Shown: positions 1 to 10,232 of the stretch, one piece after another
How positions within the stretch are numbered: the stretch's first letter is position 1
How the letters are laid out: the number at the start of each line of letters is the position of its first letter
Virus record (IMG/VR): IMGVR_UViG_3300002092_001237
Location: 32,001-96,000 of that record
Strand: one strand, 5' to 3'
Length of the DNA stretch: 64,000 nucleotides
Source of the DNA: a virus
Program-made: the position numbers and the translations under genes
Notes under the pieces: model-generated
What the model saw: only the letters and a program-made list of their open reading frames with translations
The model's database searches: none
What the model was told of the DNA's origin: nothing

Positions 1-461
1 GCTGCGAAGTTAGCACATCGTTGATAAGCAGTTGCTTTTCTTTTTAGGGCATCGTTGTATGCTGCTGTGCTTGGTTTAGTCTTAAAGCGTGTTATTACAT
101 AGGGCCATAAGTTTTCTAGAGGAGCACCTTTTTTATTAACCACTTTAATACCATCTCTGATATAAGCACCACTGTCGTCGTTAACAGTACCTTCCATCAG
201 TCTTTCTTCATAGTATATGAATAAACGGCTAACGTCAAGTGGTTTTCCTTTTTTACGATCTAAGAGTTCGACTATACCAGCGATAGCATTACCAGTACAA
301 GATCCAAGTTGTCCTTGGTCTTCGATCGGGCTACAGAAAGATCTCATGTCCACTGTCTTTGGCAGTGTAACTGGCGGAGCAGCGTAAATATGATCTCTGC
401 TATCTGGTTTATCTCTGAGCCAATGATATCTGGGAATATTTAATCTTGTAGGTCTTGGCAT
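1..461 (-). CDS. Papain-like (C1A) cysteine protease, runs off the window edge
   Basis: Not in the ORF track. Manual translation from ATG at 461 (GGAG upstream) gives MPRPTRLNIPRYHWLRDKPDSRDHIY...VDMRSFCSPIEDQGQLGSCTGNAIAG, which has the papain QGxxGSC catalytic motif. Confidence 0.85.
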   Translation of the reverse strand, partial: MPRPTRLNIPRYHWLRDKPDSRDHIYAAPPVTLPKTVDMRSFCSPIEDQGQLGSCTGNAIAGIVELLDRKKGKPLDVSRLFIYYEERLMEGTVNDDSGAYIRDGIKVVNKKGAPLENLWPYVITRFKTKPSTAAYNDALKRKATAYQRCANFA

Positions 462-496
462 CAGTTATTCTCCTGTAATTGTATAAACATAGTTTA

Positions 497-2725
497 TTAT
501 GCCGGGAAATCAGTACTTAGAGAAATACCTTGATTGGTAATAGTATGAGCCTTAGCATCAACTGTTGGATTAAATTTACTTAAGAACAGTTTAGTATCTG
601 CTTCAACATTGTAAGTGGTTGTAGCAGTAAATGATCCTGTATACTTGGCCGCGTTGCTGATTCTAACCATAGCCATCTTGCCATTAAACGGTGCGTTGTT
701 TACTGGGCCAAGCCGACCTATATATAATGGATTTGTTGAGTCAGTGTAACTTGCCGATCCAAATGTTCCCTCGACCTTACTTTGTTCACTACCGTTGTAC
801 CATACTTTCTGTGTACCTGAGTTATTAACAATGGCCACGTGTGTCCACACATTGGGAGTTGGTTCTGTGTACCTTACATCGTCATTACCATTAGAACCTG
901 ATAAGAACACTAGTTTTCCAGCACTCAATGCTACAACTATACAATTGGCTTCACTCCAACCACCCTGATTCAACAATCCCCATATGCCACTAGATGGAGC
1001 CGCACCGGAAGCATCTGATGCTGTAGGAGCCTTGATCCAAAACTCTATAGTCCACGTTGTTCCTAAGTTCCAATCCGAACTAGCCTGAACAATTAGTCCT
1101 AGGTTAGATGTTTGAGAAAACTGTAGACTTTGAATACTTGGGAAGTCTGCGCTGGTACTAACTGCTCCTTGAACTGAAATAGGATGAGTACCGGTACTGT
1201 CAGTTAACGGATTATAACCTAACATCAATTTAGTATCTGCCTCAACTCCATAGGACGCCGACGGGTCAAAGTTTGCTAGATATTTGGCTATGTTGCTGAT
1301 TCTAATCATAGCCAGTTTGCCCCTGAACCCTTGGCTGTTTACTCCTGCTCTACGACCAATGTTTAGATCTGCTGAGCCGTCAGTTAAATTGCTCTCTGCA
1401 CTAAATGATGTTCGATTTATTCCGTTATAGTACAAAGTAATGTTGCTACTGCCGGATTCACGCACAAACGCCACATGAGTCCATATTGCCGGAGTAGGTT
1501 CGGCGAATGATGGCTGGGTGTTATTAAACAATAAATTGCCGTAACAATAGCCTAGATCAATTTGGCCACCAGCATAACCTTGCGACATTACAGTTCGTAT
1601 GTTGCTAGTACTGGCATTGGTTTCCTTGCTCCAGAACTCAATAGTATATGTTGATCCTAAGTTCCAATCACTTTGAGTATTAGATACTAGTAAATAAGGA
1701 TCGCCTGTTAGTGGGAAACTTAGACTCAGTGGTGGAAGATATTTTCCTTTTGTACTAGTGTAGTTTGATCCAATAAGTGTAGTGTCGATAACTAAATCGG
1801 CAAATTTACCTTGATATCTAGCACTGGATCCCATATTCGTACTTTCAACAAGTCCAATGCCCCAGTATGAGTAACCTGTATCGCTGATTGTCTTGGTGAT
1901 ACTACCTTGTGTCACTGCTGTTTCATTGTTTAGACTCATGCTAAACGTGCTAGTTACGTTGTCAAAATAGAAGTAGACGTGATTCCAAGCATTTAAGGTC
2001 ACGGTTCCTGTGGATGTAACAGCACCGCTCTGCCCCCACGTTCTGCCTTTTAGATAGTTAGAACTGTTGATCTCTAACATAGAATAATGAAACCCGCTAT
2101 TTTCGAGGGTCTGTCCTAGTTCGACCATTATGACTTTATCGTTGGCTGTGGGATAGAACCACAGGTTAAAACAGATAGTTGCTGTGGTACCCCACGCTTC
2201 TGATAGAACATACTGTGTGCCAGTAAGAGTATGTAGTGATCCGCTGGTTTCATCTGGATATGTGTATGCTCCGTAGGTAGGTGATGTGGCATTGGTTGTA
2301 GCCCAAGGCCGTGTTTGGGCGTTGATTATCAACGAACCACCTATGGCAAAACTAGTGTCATTGATAGTAACTGAACTGCTGGTTGCTAGTATAGTGCCAC
2401 TGATGCTAACTGAACGCAGGGCAACGGTAAATGTCTCTACTCCTTCAGTAGTAGCGTCAGCAGTGGGAGTTACTCCAAATACTCCTAGAGTTGAGCCCGA
2501 CGTGCCTGTAACGTTAACTGTTCCACTTGTTGTGGTAAAATCGCCTGCGTTGGTTTCTATAGTCCAGTAATAGGTACCATCTGGAATATTAGTTCCGCCT
2601 ACTAAAAAGTTCAAACCGCTACCTTCATTGACACTTTCAGGACCACCGCTGAAAAACGGTGTCAGTGTATAAGTTGGCATCGCGGTGCCCTGTATCGATC
2701 CTATAACCGCTGCTAGTATGCTCAT
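497..2725 (-). CDS. Virion/tail protein with repeated LamG (concanavalin A-like) domains
   Basis: Three LamG-type repeats (TIEFW...WTHVA...LYIG...GKMAMVRISN) in an S/T/G-rich protein. Confidence 0.75.
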   Translation of the reverse strand: MSILAAVIGSIQGTAMPTYTLTPFFSGGPESVNEGSGLNFLVGGTNIPDGTYYWTIETNAGDFTTTSGTVNVTGTSGSTLGVFGVTPTADATTEGVETFTVALRSVSISGTILATSSSVTINDTSFAIGGSLIINAQTRPWATTNATSPTYGAYTYPDETSGSLHTLTGTQYVLSEAWGTTATICFNLWFYPTANDKVIMVELGQTLENSGFHYSMLEINSSNYLKGRTWGQSGAVTSTGTVTLNAWNHVYFYFDNVTSTFSMSLNNETAVTQGSITKTISDTGYSYWGIGLVESTNMGSSARYQGKFADLVIDTTLIGSNYTSTKGKYLPPLSLSFPLTGDPYLLVSNTQSDWNLGSTYTIEFWSKETNASTSNIRTVMSQGYAGGQIDLGYCYGNLLFNNTQPSFAEPTPAIWTHVAFVRESGSSNITLYYNGINRTSFSAESNLTDGSADLNIGRRAGVNSQGFRGKLAMIRISNIAKYLANFDPSASYGVEADTKLMLGYNPLTDSTGTHPISVQGAVSTSADFPSIQSLQFSQTSNLGLIVQASSDWNLGTTWTIEFWIKAPTASDASGAAPSSGIWGLLNQGGWSEANCIVVALSAGKLVFLSGSNGNDDVRYTEPTPNVWTHVAIVNNSGTQKVWYNGSEQSKVEGTFGSASYTDSTNPLYIGRLGPVNNAPFNGKMAMVRISNAAKYTGSFTATTTYNVEADTKLFLSKFNPTVDAKAHTITNQGISLSTDFPA

Positions 2726-2726
2726 A

Positions 2727-5700
2727 TTATGGACTCCACCATCCTGTTGTGATACCTGGTCCCGCTATCATCCAACGACTGTTTGCTATCTTAACCAGTG
2801 TAACCATTGAATAAGATGGAATATTCCAACTGGCAGCATTTACACCGTCGAATCCGGAACCGTAGATATCGTCATCGTTGTCCCATGAATATACTCCAGT
2901 ATCGTTGCCTGCTGTTATGATAGTAAAAGCAAATCCCACGGGTATCTCAAGTCGATTACTGTCCGGGATAATAACACCGGCATTTTGCCATAACATGTAG
3001 AGATGTTTACCGTTATCTTCTAGGCGCAACCAATAATCATAGCCGTTAGTACCGTCAGTGTTAACCTGACTCATCTTAACCTGCGGTAATCCCTGACCGG
3101 TAGTAGTCTGTTCAGTCCCATCCTCGAACACGATCTTGTTTACACCACGTATGTCACCACCACCTGGTTCGTATATGGTCTGTACTTCGTGTGGTCTGTA
3201 ACCATATATTGTAACGTTTCTCCAAGCATTGCCGTCGACGTATGGTTCGCTATTAAACACATGTGATCTAGATTTTAGTGTGATCGGAGTGACCAGTTTC
3301 GCTCCGGGTCCGCCACCATTTCCGTTATCGTTTTCAGCGTATCGATAATGATCTACTTCAACCACTTCGTAGAAGAAGTCGCCGTAACTGCCTATACCGG
3401 TCCCATCGATCGGTAAGTCTATTATTATACCTTGATCGGCATTACCACCCGGATTGCTTGAATATCCTCCGATACTAAATCTATCTCCTTTGATAGATAG
3501 TTTATCGCTGATATTATCATTATAGCATGTACTTATTCCTTTGTTACTCCATAGTAATCTGCTAAACAATAGATTACCGTCTATGTCGAACTTGAAGATG
3601 TACATGTTATCATTATTATTGCGATAATTATTATTCAAGTCAATACTATTCTTGCCTCGACCTGCTACTATTATATCATTATTATCTGTAATTCCGATAG
3701 ACCAAATGTTAGTTGAAGAACCCATAATAATATAAGTCTGCCATATAAACTCACCACTTGGGCTTAGTTTAGTAACGTATAGATTTTCTCTATTACCATT
3801 ACACATCGCTGAGTAGATGTTGTCGTCGCTATCAGTATCGACTGACCATACGGTGCTGGCACCTTCGCTGCCGTCGATGCTAACAGTCCATAAGTTTACA
3901 CCAGCATTGTTATGTTTGCTGATAAAACCAGTCTGGTCGTCGTTGTGTAAATATGTAGTACCAGCATTTAATCCAGTATCTGAGGAATAACCACTGATTA
4001 TGACATTGTCGTTGCTATCGATCGTCATACCATATACGGTGTCATAACTATTAGTTACACCAGCGCCGAACGATAAATCCCAGTTTGGTGTCCAGATAAA
4101 TCCGTCGTTGTTCAGTTCGTGGTAAACGTTATAAGTACCAACCTGTGTATAGTCAGTGCTACTATTCTCGTGTAATTTGATTCTTACACCCTGTGCTGTA
4201 CCGCTGACTGTAAATGTGCTGACTTGTCCATTACCAACTCCGATATTGTTAATAGTAGCAACAGTTATAGTCAAGTCGTGTGTAACGGCAGTTCCGCCTA
4301 GATCGCTACCTAATATTTTGAATGTATCACCTGCTCCGTAGTATGTACCGTTTGAAGTCTTATTGAAAGTATAAGTGTTAGTAGTTGGATCTATCTTGAC
4401 CCAACCATCCAATCCAGTACCTGCCAATGCTACGCTTGATACGTTAGTAGGTGTGCTATCGGCTACTGGTGTGATTACTGAGTAACTACCGTTTAATGCT
4501 GTGATAGCACCCGCAAGACCGATCGTATTGACATACACATATACATCGTTATCTGTACTGCTACCACTGATATTAGCATATGGAATCTTGATACGTTGCC
4601 CTGCTTTATATCCTGTGCCTGCTTGATTGATCGCTACGTTAGTTAGACCACTGCTGAATGTTAGATTGAATGTAGCACCAGAACCTAATGTACCTGTATA
4701 AGTTACACCAGTAGCAAGTGATTCAGCATACCCGTAGCGGTTAACCTGTGTAATCGCCGAACTACCAATATACCAAGTACCGTCTTCGCTTGGATATTCA
4801 AGACTGTACGTAGAATCATTTCTGTCAAACTTGTTTTTTAATATGACTAGTGTACCGTCATCGTTGCTACCAGTAAGCCCAGCAGCACCTACGGTCACAT
4901 TGGCGAACTTATCTGATGCGCTACTGATATAACCAGCGACTACTGGAGTACCATTACTCATCAATCTAACTATAGTAGGATACATATCATTGTCATTAAC
5001 ATCTGGCGTAATATGTGTGAGATCTTCTTTCATGCTGCCGGTATCGGCATCCATATACGCTAATATAAATCCTTCGTGGCCGGCACCATCTCTGGATACT
5101 GAAATTACAGTGTTGTTTGTTTGATCGTATACGATTGAAAACGCCTCGGTATCGTTATTGATAGCGAGCCCTGCTTGCCATAATAACTTACCTTCGCTAT
5201 CAGTCTTGAATACCGTAGCATGATTACCCTCATGACCGTCGTAACCAAAATAACTGTACTGACCACCTGCGGCAAATGTATTGCCTTTTTCATCACGTTC
5301 GGTAGCATACAACCATACGTCGTCGTTGGTATTGCCACCTTCGGACCCGTCGAATCCACCGATAGCAGTGATATAGCCTTTCTTAGCACGGGATATTTCT
5401 AACGTACCATTCTCTGGTAGCATTAGAGTAGAACCTTCTAGTGTCATAGTCTTAACACGGCTACGACTTACATAACTCAATGCTGTAGTATCAGTATTGA
5501 GTGTGAAGGACACGTCACCGTTAGTAACGTCAATATCTGCTGTGTTTTCTGTTAAGTCGTTGAGATAATAATTATCAATATCTACGACCAGTGCTATGTC
5601 TACTAGATACGGAAACGCTTCATAACTAGTGAAATGCCATCCGTCTACGTTGAATTCTGTACCATCACGATTGACCTGTGCTATGATCGGATAATCGTAT

Positions 5701-7142
5701 CCAGTTGTCGATAATAGGGAACCGTACACAGTATTCATAAGTTGTACGCCACCGATCAACACATAGTCCCCTCGAACCGCAATGCTCTGGCCAAATAACC
5801 CATGAATCGTTTCACCGAACACATTGTTATTGTTGTTATTTTGTGCTATTACAGTATTTCCTTGTTCACGACCGAGGTTTCTCGACCATAATCTGCTGCC
5901 TGTAGTATTGAATTTAGTGACGTTGATCGTCCATCGGGCATACGAACCTGCTTCTGGGTTTACCTGTTTAAAGTCTGTGAGGATAGTGTGGACATAGACA
6001 TTGTTTTCGTCGTCGCATATCAGACTGGCTGAACCATTCAGGAAGAATGGGTAATTAAGTACCTTCCCCCATAGGATCTTACCATCGGTCCCATTTACCT
6101 TATGTACACCGGCAACTAGCCAATCGGTACAATAAATCCCAGTCAGATTGAAGTAGAAATCGTCGTTGCTGTCTACGCACATATCTGCGCTCATAAATTC
6201 GCCTTCTATCCAAGAATTGGTATCATCAGAAGTCGCAGCGATGATTTTAGTCTGCCACAGGATCGAACCGTCGGCACCGGATAGTTTAAACACAGGCAGA
6301 TATGCTTCTTCACCGCCATAGGTCATTCCAACGATACCGATGTTGCCTTGGCTATCTACTGCCAATCCAGAGGCTGCGTCGTACATAGTTTCTTGATCAT
6401 ATTGCTTCTGCCATATCGGATTACCGCTAGCACCGCTAAACTTACCGACCCAGAAGTCGTATTGTGAGCCAGTTGCTGTATTACCTGCTATGATGATATC
6501 GTTGCTTGTTGGATCGATGTCTACGCAGATAGCCACATCGTCGCTGGTTGGATCTGTATCAGCGAGATATTTCTGCCATATGATGGTGCCATCTTCACCG
6601 CTTACTTTTACCAATAGTGTATCGGCACTGCTGGGATCAAATTCACCCATAACGAACACTACGTCGTCGTTCTTATCTACAGCCATAGCAAACCCGAAAG
6701 CATAATATTCATAGTAGTAGTTGTGGAACAACACCTGACCGTTCGGATCGGTCTTAATCAAGAACATGCCAGGAGCACCACCTACAGTATCATATACACC
6801 TGTAGCGAAAACATTACCTTCGCTGTCGTAGGCTACTGAAGTTATATAACCATCAGATGGATTATCAACCCCTCCGTTGTTAGTATGTACAGTCATAACC
6901 CAATTGGTCTGATCGCCCATACCTGAACTGATGCTAACTGATCCATTACCGTGTATATCGGAACCTGTAACCTTGAGATCGCCAGTGACAGCATATTTCA
7001 AGTCTTTCCATCTAGTGACACCGTCACCGAGTTTCATAGCGCGAGTATCTGTTTCAAAACCCGTTTCGCCCTGTGCGAGGATTGGATTTGAAGTATTCCA
7101 ATTCGCTGCTGTATCTCTTCTTAGTTTGATTCTAGTCGCCAT
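2727..7142 (-). CDS. Tail fibre / receptor-binding protein with Mtd-like N-terminus and beta-propeller repeats
   Basis: N-terminus RIKLRRDTAANW...LAQGETGFETDT...KLGDG; repeated DSxGN...KxxxxG.xxWQK propeller blades. Confidence 0.75.
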   Translation of the reverse strand: MATRIKLRRDTAANWNTSNPILAQGETGFETDTRAMKLGDGVTRWKDLKYAVTGDLKVTGSDIHGNGSVSISSGMGDQTNWVMTVHTNNGGVDNPSDGYITSVAYDSEGNVFATGVYDTVGGAPGMFLIKTDPNGQVLFHNYYYEYYAFGFAMAVDKNDDVVFVMGEFDPSSADTLLVKVSGEDGTIIWQKYLADTDPTSDDVAICVDIDPTSNDIIIAGNTATGSQYDFWVGKFSGASGNPIWQKQYDQETMYDAASGLAVDSQGNIGIVGMTYGGEEAYLPVFKLSGADGSILWQTKIIAATSDDTNSWIEGEFMSADMCVDSNDDFYFNLTGIYCTDWLVAGVHKVNGTDGKILWGKVLNYPFFLNGSASLICDDENNVYVHTILTDFKQVNPEAGSYARWTINVTKFNTTGSRLWSRNLGREQGNTVIAQNNNNNNVFGETIHGLFGQSIAVRGDYVLIGGVQLMNTVYGSLLSTTGYDYPIIAQVNRDGTEFNVDGWHFTSYEAFPYLVDIALVVDIDNYYLNDLTENTADIDVTNGDVSFTLNTDTTALSYVSRSRVKTMTLEGSTLMLPENGTLEISRAKKGYITAIGGFDGSEGGNTNDDVWLYATERDEKGNTFAAGGQYSYFGYDGHEGNHATVFKTDSEGKLLWQAGLAINNDTEAFSIVYDQTNNTVISVSRDGAGHEGFILAYMDADTGSMKEDLTHITPDVNDNDMYPTIVRLMSNGTPVVAGYISSASDKFANVTVGAAGLTGSNDDGTLVILKNKFDRNDSTYSLEYPSEDGTWYIGSSAITQVNRYGYAESLATGVTYTGTLGSGATFNLTFSSGLTNVAINQAGTGYKAGQRIKIPYANISGSSTDNDVYVYVNTIGLAGAITALNGSYSVITPVADSTPTNVSSVALAGTGLDGWVKIDPTTNTYTFNKTSNGTYYGAGDTFKILGSDLGGTAVTHDLTITVATINNIGVGNGQVSTFTVSGTAQGVRIKLHENSSTDYTQVGTYNVYHELNNDGFIWTPNWDLSFGAGVTNSYDTVYGMTIDSNDNVIISGYSSDTGLNAGTTYLHNDDQTGFISKHNNAGVNLWTVSIDGSEGASTVWSVDTDSDDNIYSAMCNGNRENLYVTKLSPSGEFIWQTYIIMGSSTNIWSIGITDNNDIIVAGRGKNSIDLNNNYRNNNDNMYIFKFDIDGNLLFSRLLWSNKGISTCYNDNISDKLSIKGDRFSIGGYSSNPGGNADQGIIIDLPIDGTGIGSYGDFFYEVVEVDHYRYAENDNGNGGGPGAKLVTPITLKSRSHVFNSEPYVDGNAWRNVTIYGYRPHEVQTIYEPGGGDIRGVNKIVFEDGTEQTTTGQGLPQVKMSQVNTDGTNGYDYWLRLEDNGKHLYMLWQNAGVIIPDSNRLEIPVGFAFTIITAGNDTGVYSWDNDDDIYGSGFDGVNAASWNIPSYSMVTLVKIANSRWMIAGPGITTGWWSP

Positions 7143-7366
7143 TATGTTGCTCCGATAACGTTGTTGATGCCACCATCTAGGGTATTGTCTGAATATGAAT
7201 TATAGGTTGACGAAGCATATGCTCCATCGTAAACTGGATCTGCTTTACCTGTTAGTATAGCATATGTGCCATTCCAACGATCGCCCATCCATATATAAGT
7301 GACACCGTTATGTGCTACGAATTCATCACCAGTATGTGGGTTGGTTGGAAATGTTATTGCTGTCAT
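7142..7366 (-). CDS. Small virion-associated protein
   Basis: FP..P..G....NGVTY.W.G.RW module shared with the N-terminus of the adjacent ORF. Confidence 0.55.
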   Translation of the reverse strand: MTAITFPTNPHTGDEFVAHNGVTYIWMGDRWNGTYAILTGKADPVYDGAYASSTYNSYSDNTLDGGINNVIGAT

Positions 7367-7383
7367 GCTCTTATTTATTCACC

Positions 7384-8772
7384 TTATACTGTTAGCCAAG
7401 TGCTGGCCACACCACCATCTATCTCATAAATCGCTGTGCGTCCGTCTACTTCTAACCCTTGGTTAGTTAGACTAAGTGCTTTTCCACCCATATAGATCGT
7501 ATGTGAATCAACATAGAGATGTTTCCACTGCTTAGTAGGACTTCCTAAATTATAAGTTAAATCTTCATCGGGCACTAAATCGCCGCCAATCTTAACAGCA
7601 GATTCGACATAGTCTGTGCTACTGATAGTCTGTCCTTCGATCACTAGTCCGTCTAGATATGCGCTGACAGGTGCTACTACTGGGGGATTAGCATCAACCC
7701 ATTGGTGATTGTATCTGATATAAGCACGACCGTCTTCTGTGTTGAACCATAGTAGTCCATTGTGATCATGTGAGGGTGCTGTATCTGTAGTTGGCACATA
7801 GACTAGACTATTACCTTCGAGATCGATAATGTCACCGGGAGGTAACTCTGTCGTTCCCCCGCTGCCAAGGCCTTGGGTAAATCGCTCAGTGAATAAGTTG
7901 CCGTCAGTATTAACACCCCAGGTACCGAAAGTTGCGCTAGTAGCACCATCGGTGTTGGCTACAATAACACTAAGATATACGCCCTCTTGATCGACCCCAG
8001 CGGCATTTCCGATAGTATCACCGGCATTTAAATTATCAAAACTTGGAGAATCGAGATCAAATATAGCGGGATTAACCCACGCTATATCAGTATACAGGTC
8101 ACTCTCGATTGAAACGCTGCTACTAGGTTGTGAACGTATGGTTCCATATTCTGGCAGTGTTAAGATACCATCAGTGCCAAAGTTCCAGACATTAGTAGTT
8201 CCATGGTAAAAATAATCGCCTGTCACTATGCCTACATCACCGGCACCAACATACAAGGGATTATTAGCAGTTACAGCGGCAATCTTTGTAGGTTCAGTGA
8301 TACTGTCGACCCATCCTATGCTACTGCCAACCTCATAGCCGTCGCCAACTCCGCTTGCTAACATTGAGATATTTTTCCCAGCGGCGGCCATTATTGCAGG
8401 GGCGCCATACGTGTCGCTGCCAATAGTTAAATCACCGTTAGGGAATGTTAGATTACCATCTGTGCCAAAGGTCCAACCGTGAAGATCAGAACCACTGTAT
8501 GTATAGATTGCAATATCTTTATCAACAGCACCGTCTATAATAAATCCTCCCGGATCACTATAACCAAGTAGAGTACCTTGCGGGAATGTTATATTACCAT
8601 CTGTATCGATTATGAGACTTTTATCACCAGCAGTTATTCTATCGTTTAATGTGTTTACACTGTTCTCACCGATCCATTTAACACCGTCATAGTAATAAGT
8701 AACACCGTTTGGTGCTACATAGATATTACCTACTGCTGCCGGATCATCTGGAAAATCTAAAATAACACTCAT
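7384..8772 (-). CDS. Tail-associated structural protein
   Basis: Repeated W.FGTDG.LT motifs and a YNLGS...WKHLY tail-fibre motif. Confidence 0.6.
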   Translation of the reverse strand: MSVILDFPDDPAAVGNIYVAPNGVTYYYDGVKWIGENSVNTLNDRITAGDKSLIIDTDGNITFPQGTLLGYSDPGGFIIDGAVDKDIAIYTYSGSDLHGWTFGTDGNLTFPNGDLTIGSDTYGAPAIMAAAGKNISMLASGVGDGYEVGSSIGWVDSITEPTKIAAVTANNPLYVGAGDVGIVTGDYFYHGTTNVWNFGTDGILTLPEYGTIRSQPSSSVSIESDLYTDIAWVNPAIFDLDSPSFDNLNAGDTIGNAAGVDQEGVYLSVIVANTDGATSATFGTWGVNTDGNLFTERFTQGLGSGGTTELPPGDIIDLEGNSLVYVPTTDTAPSHDHNGLLWFNTEDGRAYIRYNHQWVDANPPVVAPVSAYLDGLVIEGQTISSTDYVESAVKIGGDLVPDEDLTYNLGSPTKQWKHLYVDSHTIYMGGKALSLTNQGLEVDGRTAIYEIDGGVASTWLTV

Positions 8773-8787
8773 TAATCGCTCCTTGAA

Positions 8788-9204
8788 TCAATGATTCAAT
8801 AATATCCTGTTTACAGTTCCGTGTGTCCAATCTTCCAACACGATGCGAACCCAGGTAAAATTACCTGCGAAGTTGTACATTCTGGCACTGGTCGTGAATG
8901 TAGTATACGCTATCTGCTTGATAACGGACGGATTGTTTGAAACTAATCCCGTAGTATCGATACTGAAATTGTTCTCACCTAATAGATTAACATCGAACCA
9001 GTCCAATGACTGTGGATTGGTGGCTAATGTGCCCTGTATCCGTATCGTACCAACGAATGTGGTTAATTCGATTTCTATCGTATGTGCTGCGTGGCCGAAC
9101 CCATAGTATCCGGCGCCCTTTGCTTTATCGCCTGTTAGCGATGTAGCAGTACTATCATTTGGATGTGAAGTAGAATTTAATAATATTTCGCTATTTGCTG
9201 CCAT
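8788..9204 (-). CDS. Conserved phage protein, probably structural
   Basis: 138-aa ORF in the structural block, preceded by an ATAAATA box. Confidence 0.5.
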   Translation of the reverse strand: MAANSEILLNSTSHPNDSTATSLTGDKAKGAGYYGFGHAAHTIEIELTTFVGTIRIQGTLATNPQSLDWFDVNLLGENNFSIDTTGLVSNNPSVIKQIAYTTFTTSARMYNFAGNFTWVRIVLEDWTHGTVNRILLNH

Positions 9205-9250
9205 GATTTCAATGTCCTATCGTATTTATTACAATAGGACATCTAATGGA

Positions 9251-9544
9251 TCAGCGTTTTTTCTTTTTAGTGGCAGTTTTAATACGATAAGCCTGTGCGA
9301 AACGTGGGAGGTCCATGCCCTCGATAGCAGTTAGTTCTTCAAACTTAGTGATACGTGGCTTACGATCAGAGAAATGGATCTTAACACCATTGGCATTGGC
9401 ACTCATAACAGTGCCTTCTAGTTCAACAGTCATGATAGCATGTCCGAATCCTTTGGTTGGAATACGTGCGCTGACTGTGACTCCGGGGATTAATAGTTTA
9501 TGTTCTACTAATTGACGTCCTAGTTCTACTATTTCATTGCTCAT
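9251..9544 (-). CDS. Hypothetical protein
   Basis: Probable start MSNEIVEL at 9544 (GGAGG upstream). Confidence 0.5.
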   Translation of the reverse strand: MSNEIVELGRQLVEHKLLIPGVTVSARIPTKGFGHAIMTVELEGTVMSANANGVKIHFSDRKPRITKFEELTAIEGMDLPRFAQAYRIKTATKKKKR

Positions 9545-10232
9545 CTGCTGTGCTTGCCTCCTGTATTTCAGCATGGGTAACGATCTTGATAACTTCTCTG
9601 ATGATAGGTTGCGCTATCATCTGTAGCATTAGTAGGTCTTTGCTTTCTTTAGCGTAGATATAAGTCTGCCAGAGGTATTTAGAATTCCGTTCTAAATCTG
9701 GAACGATCCTTTTTAAGTTAGCATAGCGTTCTGGATTGTTTTTCAACAGTCTTACTAAGTTAGTCTTGCTAGAATCGGTTAACAGTGACAGCCGTTCTCG
9801 CAACATAACCTTATAACGGCAATCATGTATGAGATGATCCTTGATCATGATCTTGTAATTGAGCAGGCTATCTAATGCTTCATCACTAGCAGGCTCGTGG
9901 AACTCTACAACATCAGGACCGAACTCGTTTTGTATATTAGTTAGTGTGTTACGATCCGTAAAGAATAGGCTTAGTGTACGACCTTCGCAACGGAAACGTA
10001 ATTTATTCTTGTCATATTTTTCTAAGAACCGTAATGCCTTACGTAGTTCCTTTGGATAGGCCATGATCGTATCGTGGAATAGCATCCTATCTTTAACCCA
10101 GTCGCCGCCTGCTTCGACTTTGTCTAGAGCAGCGTGGCTGATATAGCGAACATAACCAGCCCATGGTGCTTGTACTATTGCCTTATACGGAAACTTCTTC
10201 CAGAACAGGCTTGATGTTTTCACCGTTATCAT
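9534..10232 (-). CDS. Hypothetical protein
   Basis: Probable start MITVKTSS at 10232, overlapping the clpA end. Confidence 0.5.
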   Translation of the reverse strand: MITVKTSSLFWKKFPYKAIVQAPWAGYVRYISHAALDKVEAGGDWVKDRMLFHDTIMAYPKELRKALRFLEKYDKNKLRFRCEGRTLSLFFTDRNTLTNIQNEFGPDVVEFHEPASDEALDSLLNYKIMIKDHLIHDCRYKVMLRERLSLLTDSSKTNLVRLLKNNPERYANLKRIVPDLERNSKYLWQTYIYAKESKDLLMLQMIAQPIIREVIKIVTHAEIQEASTADEQ

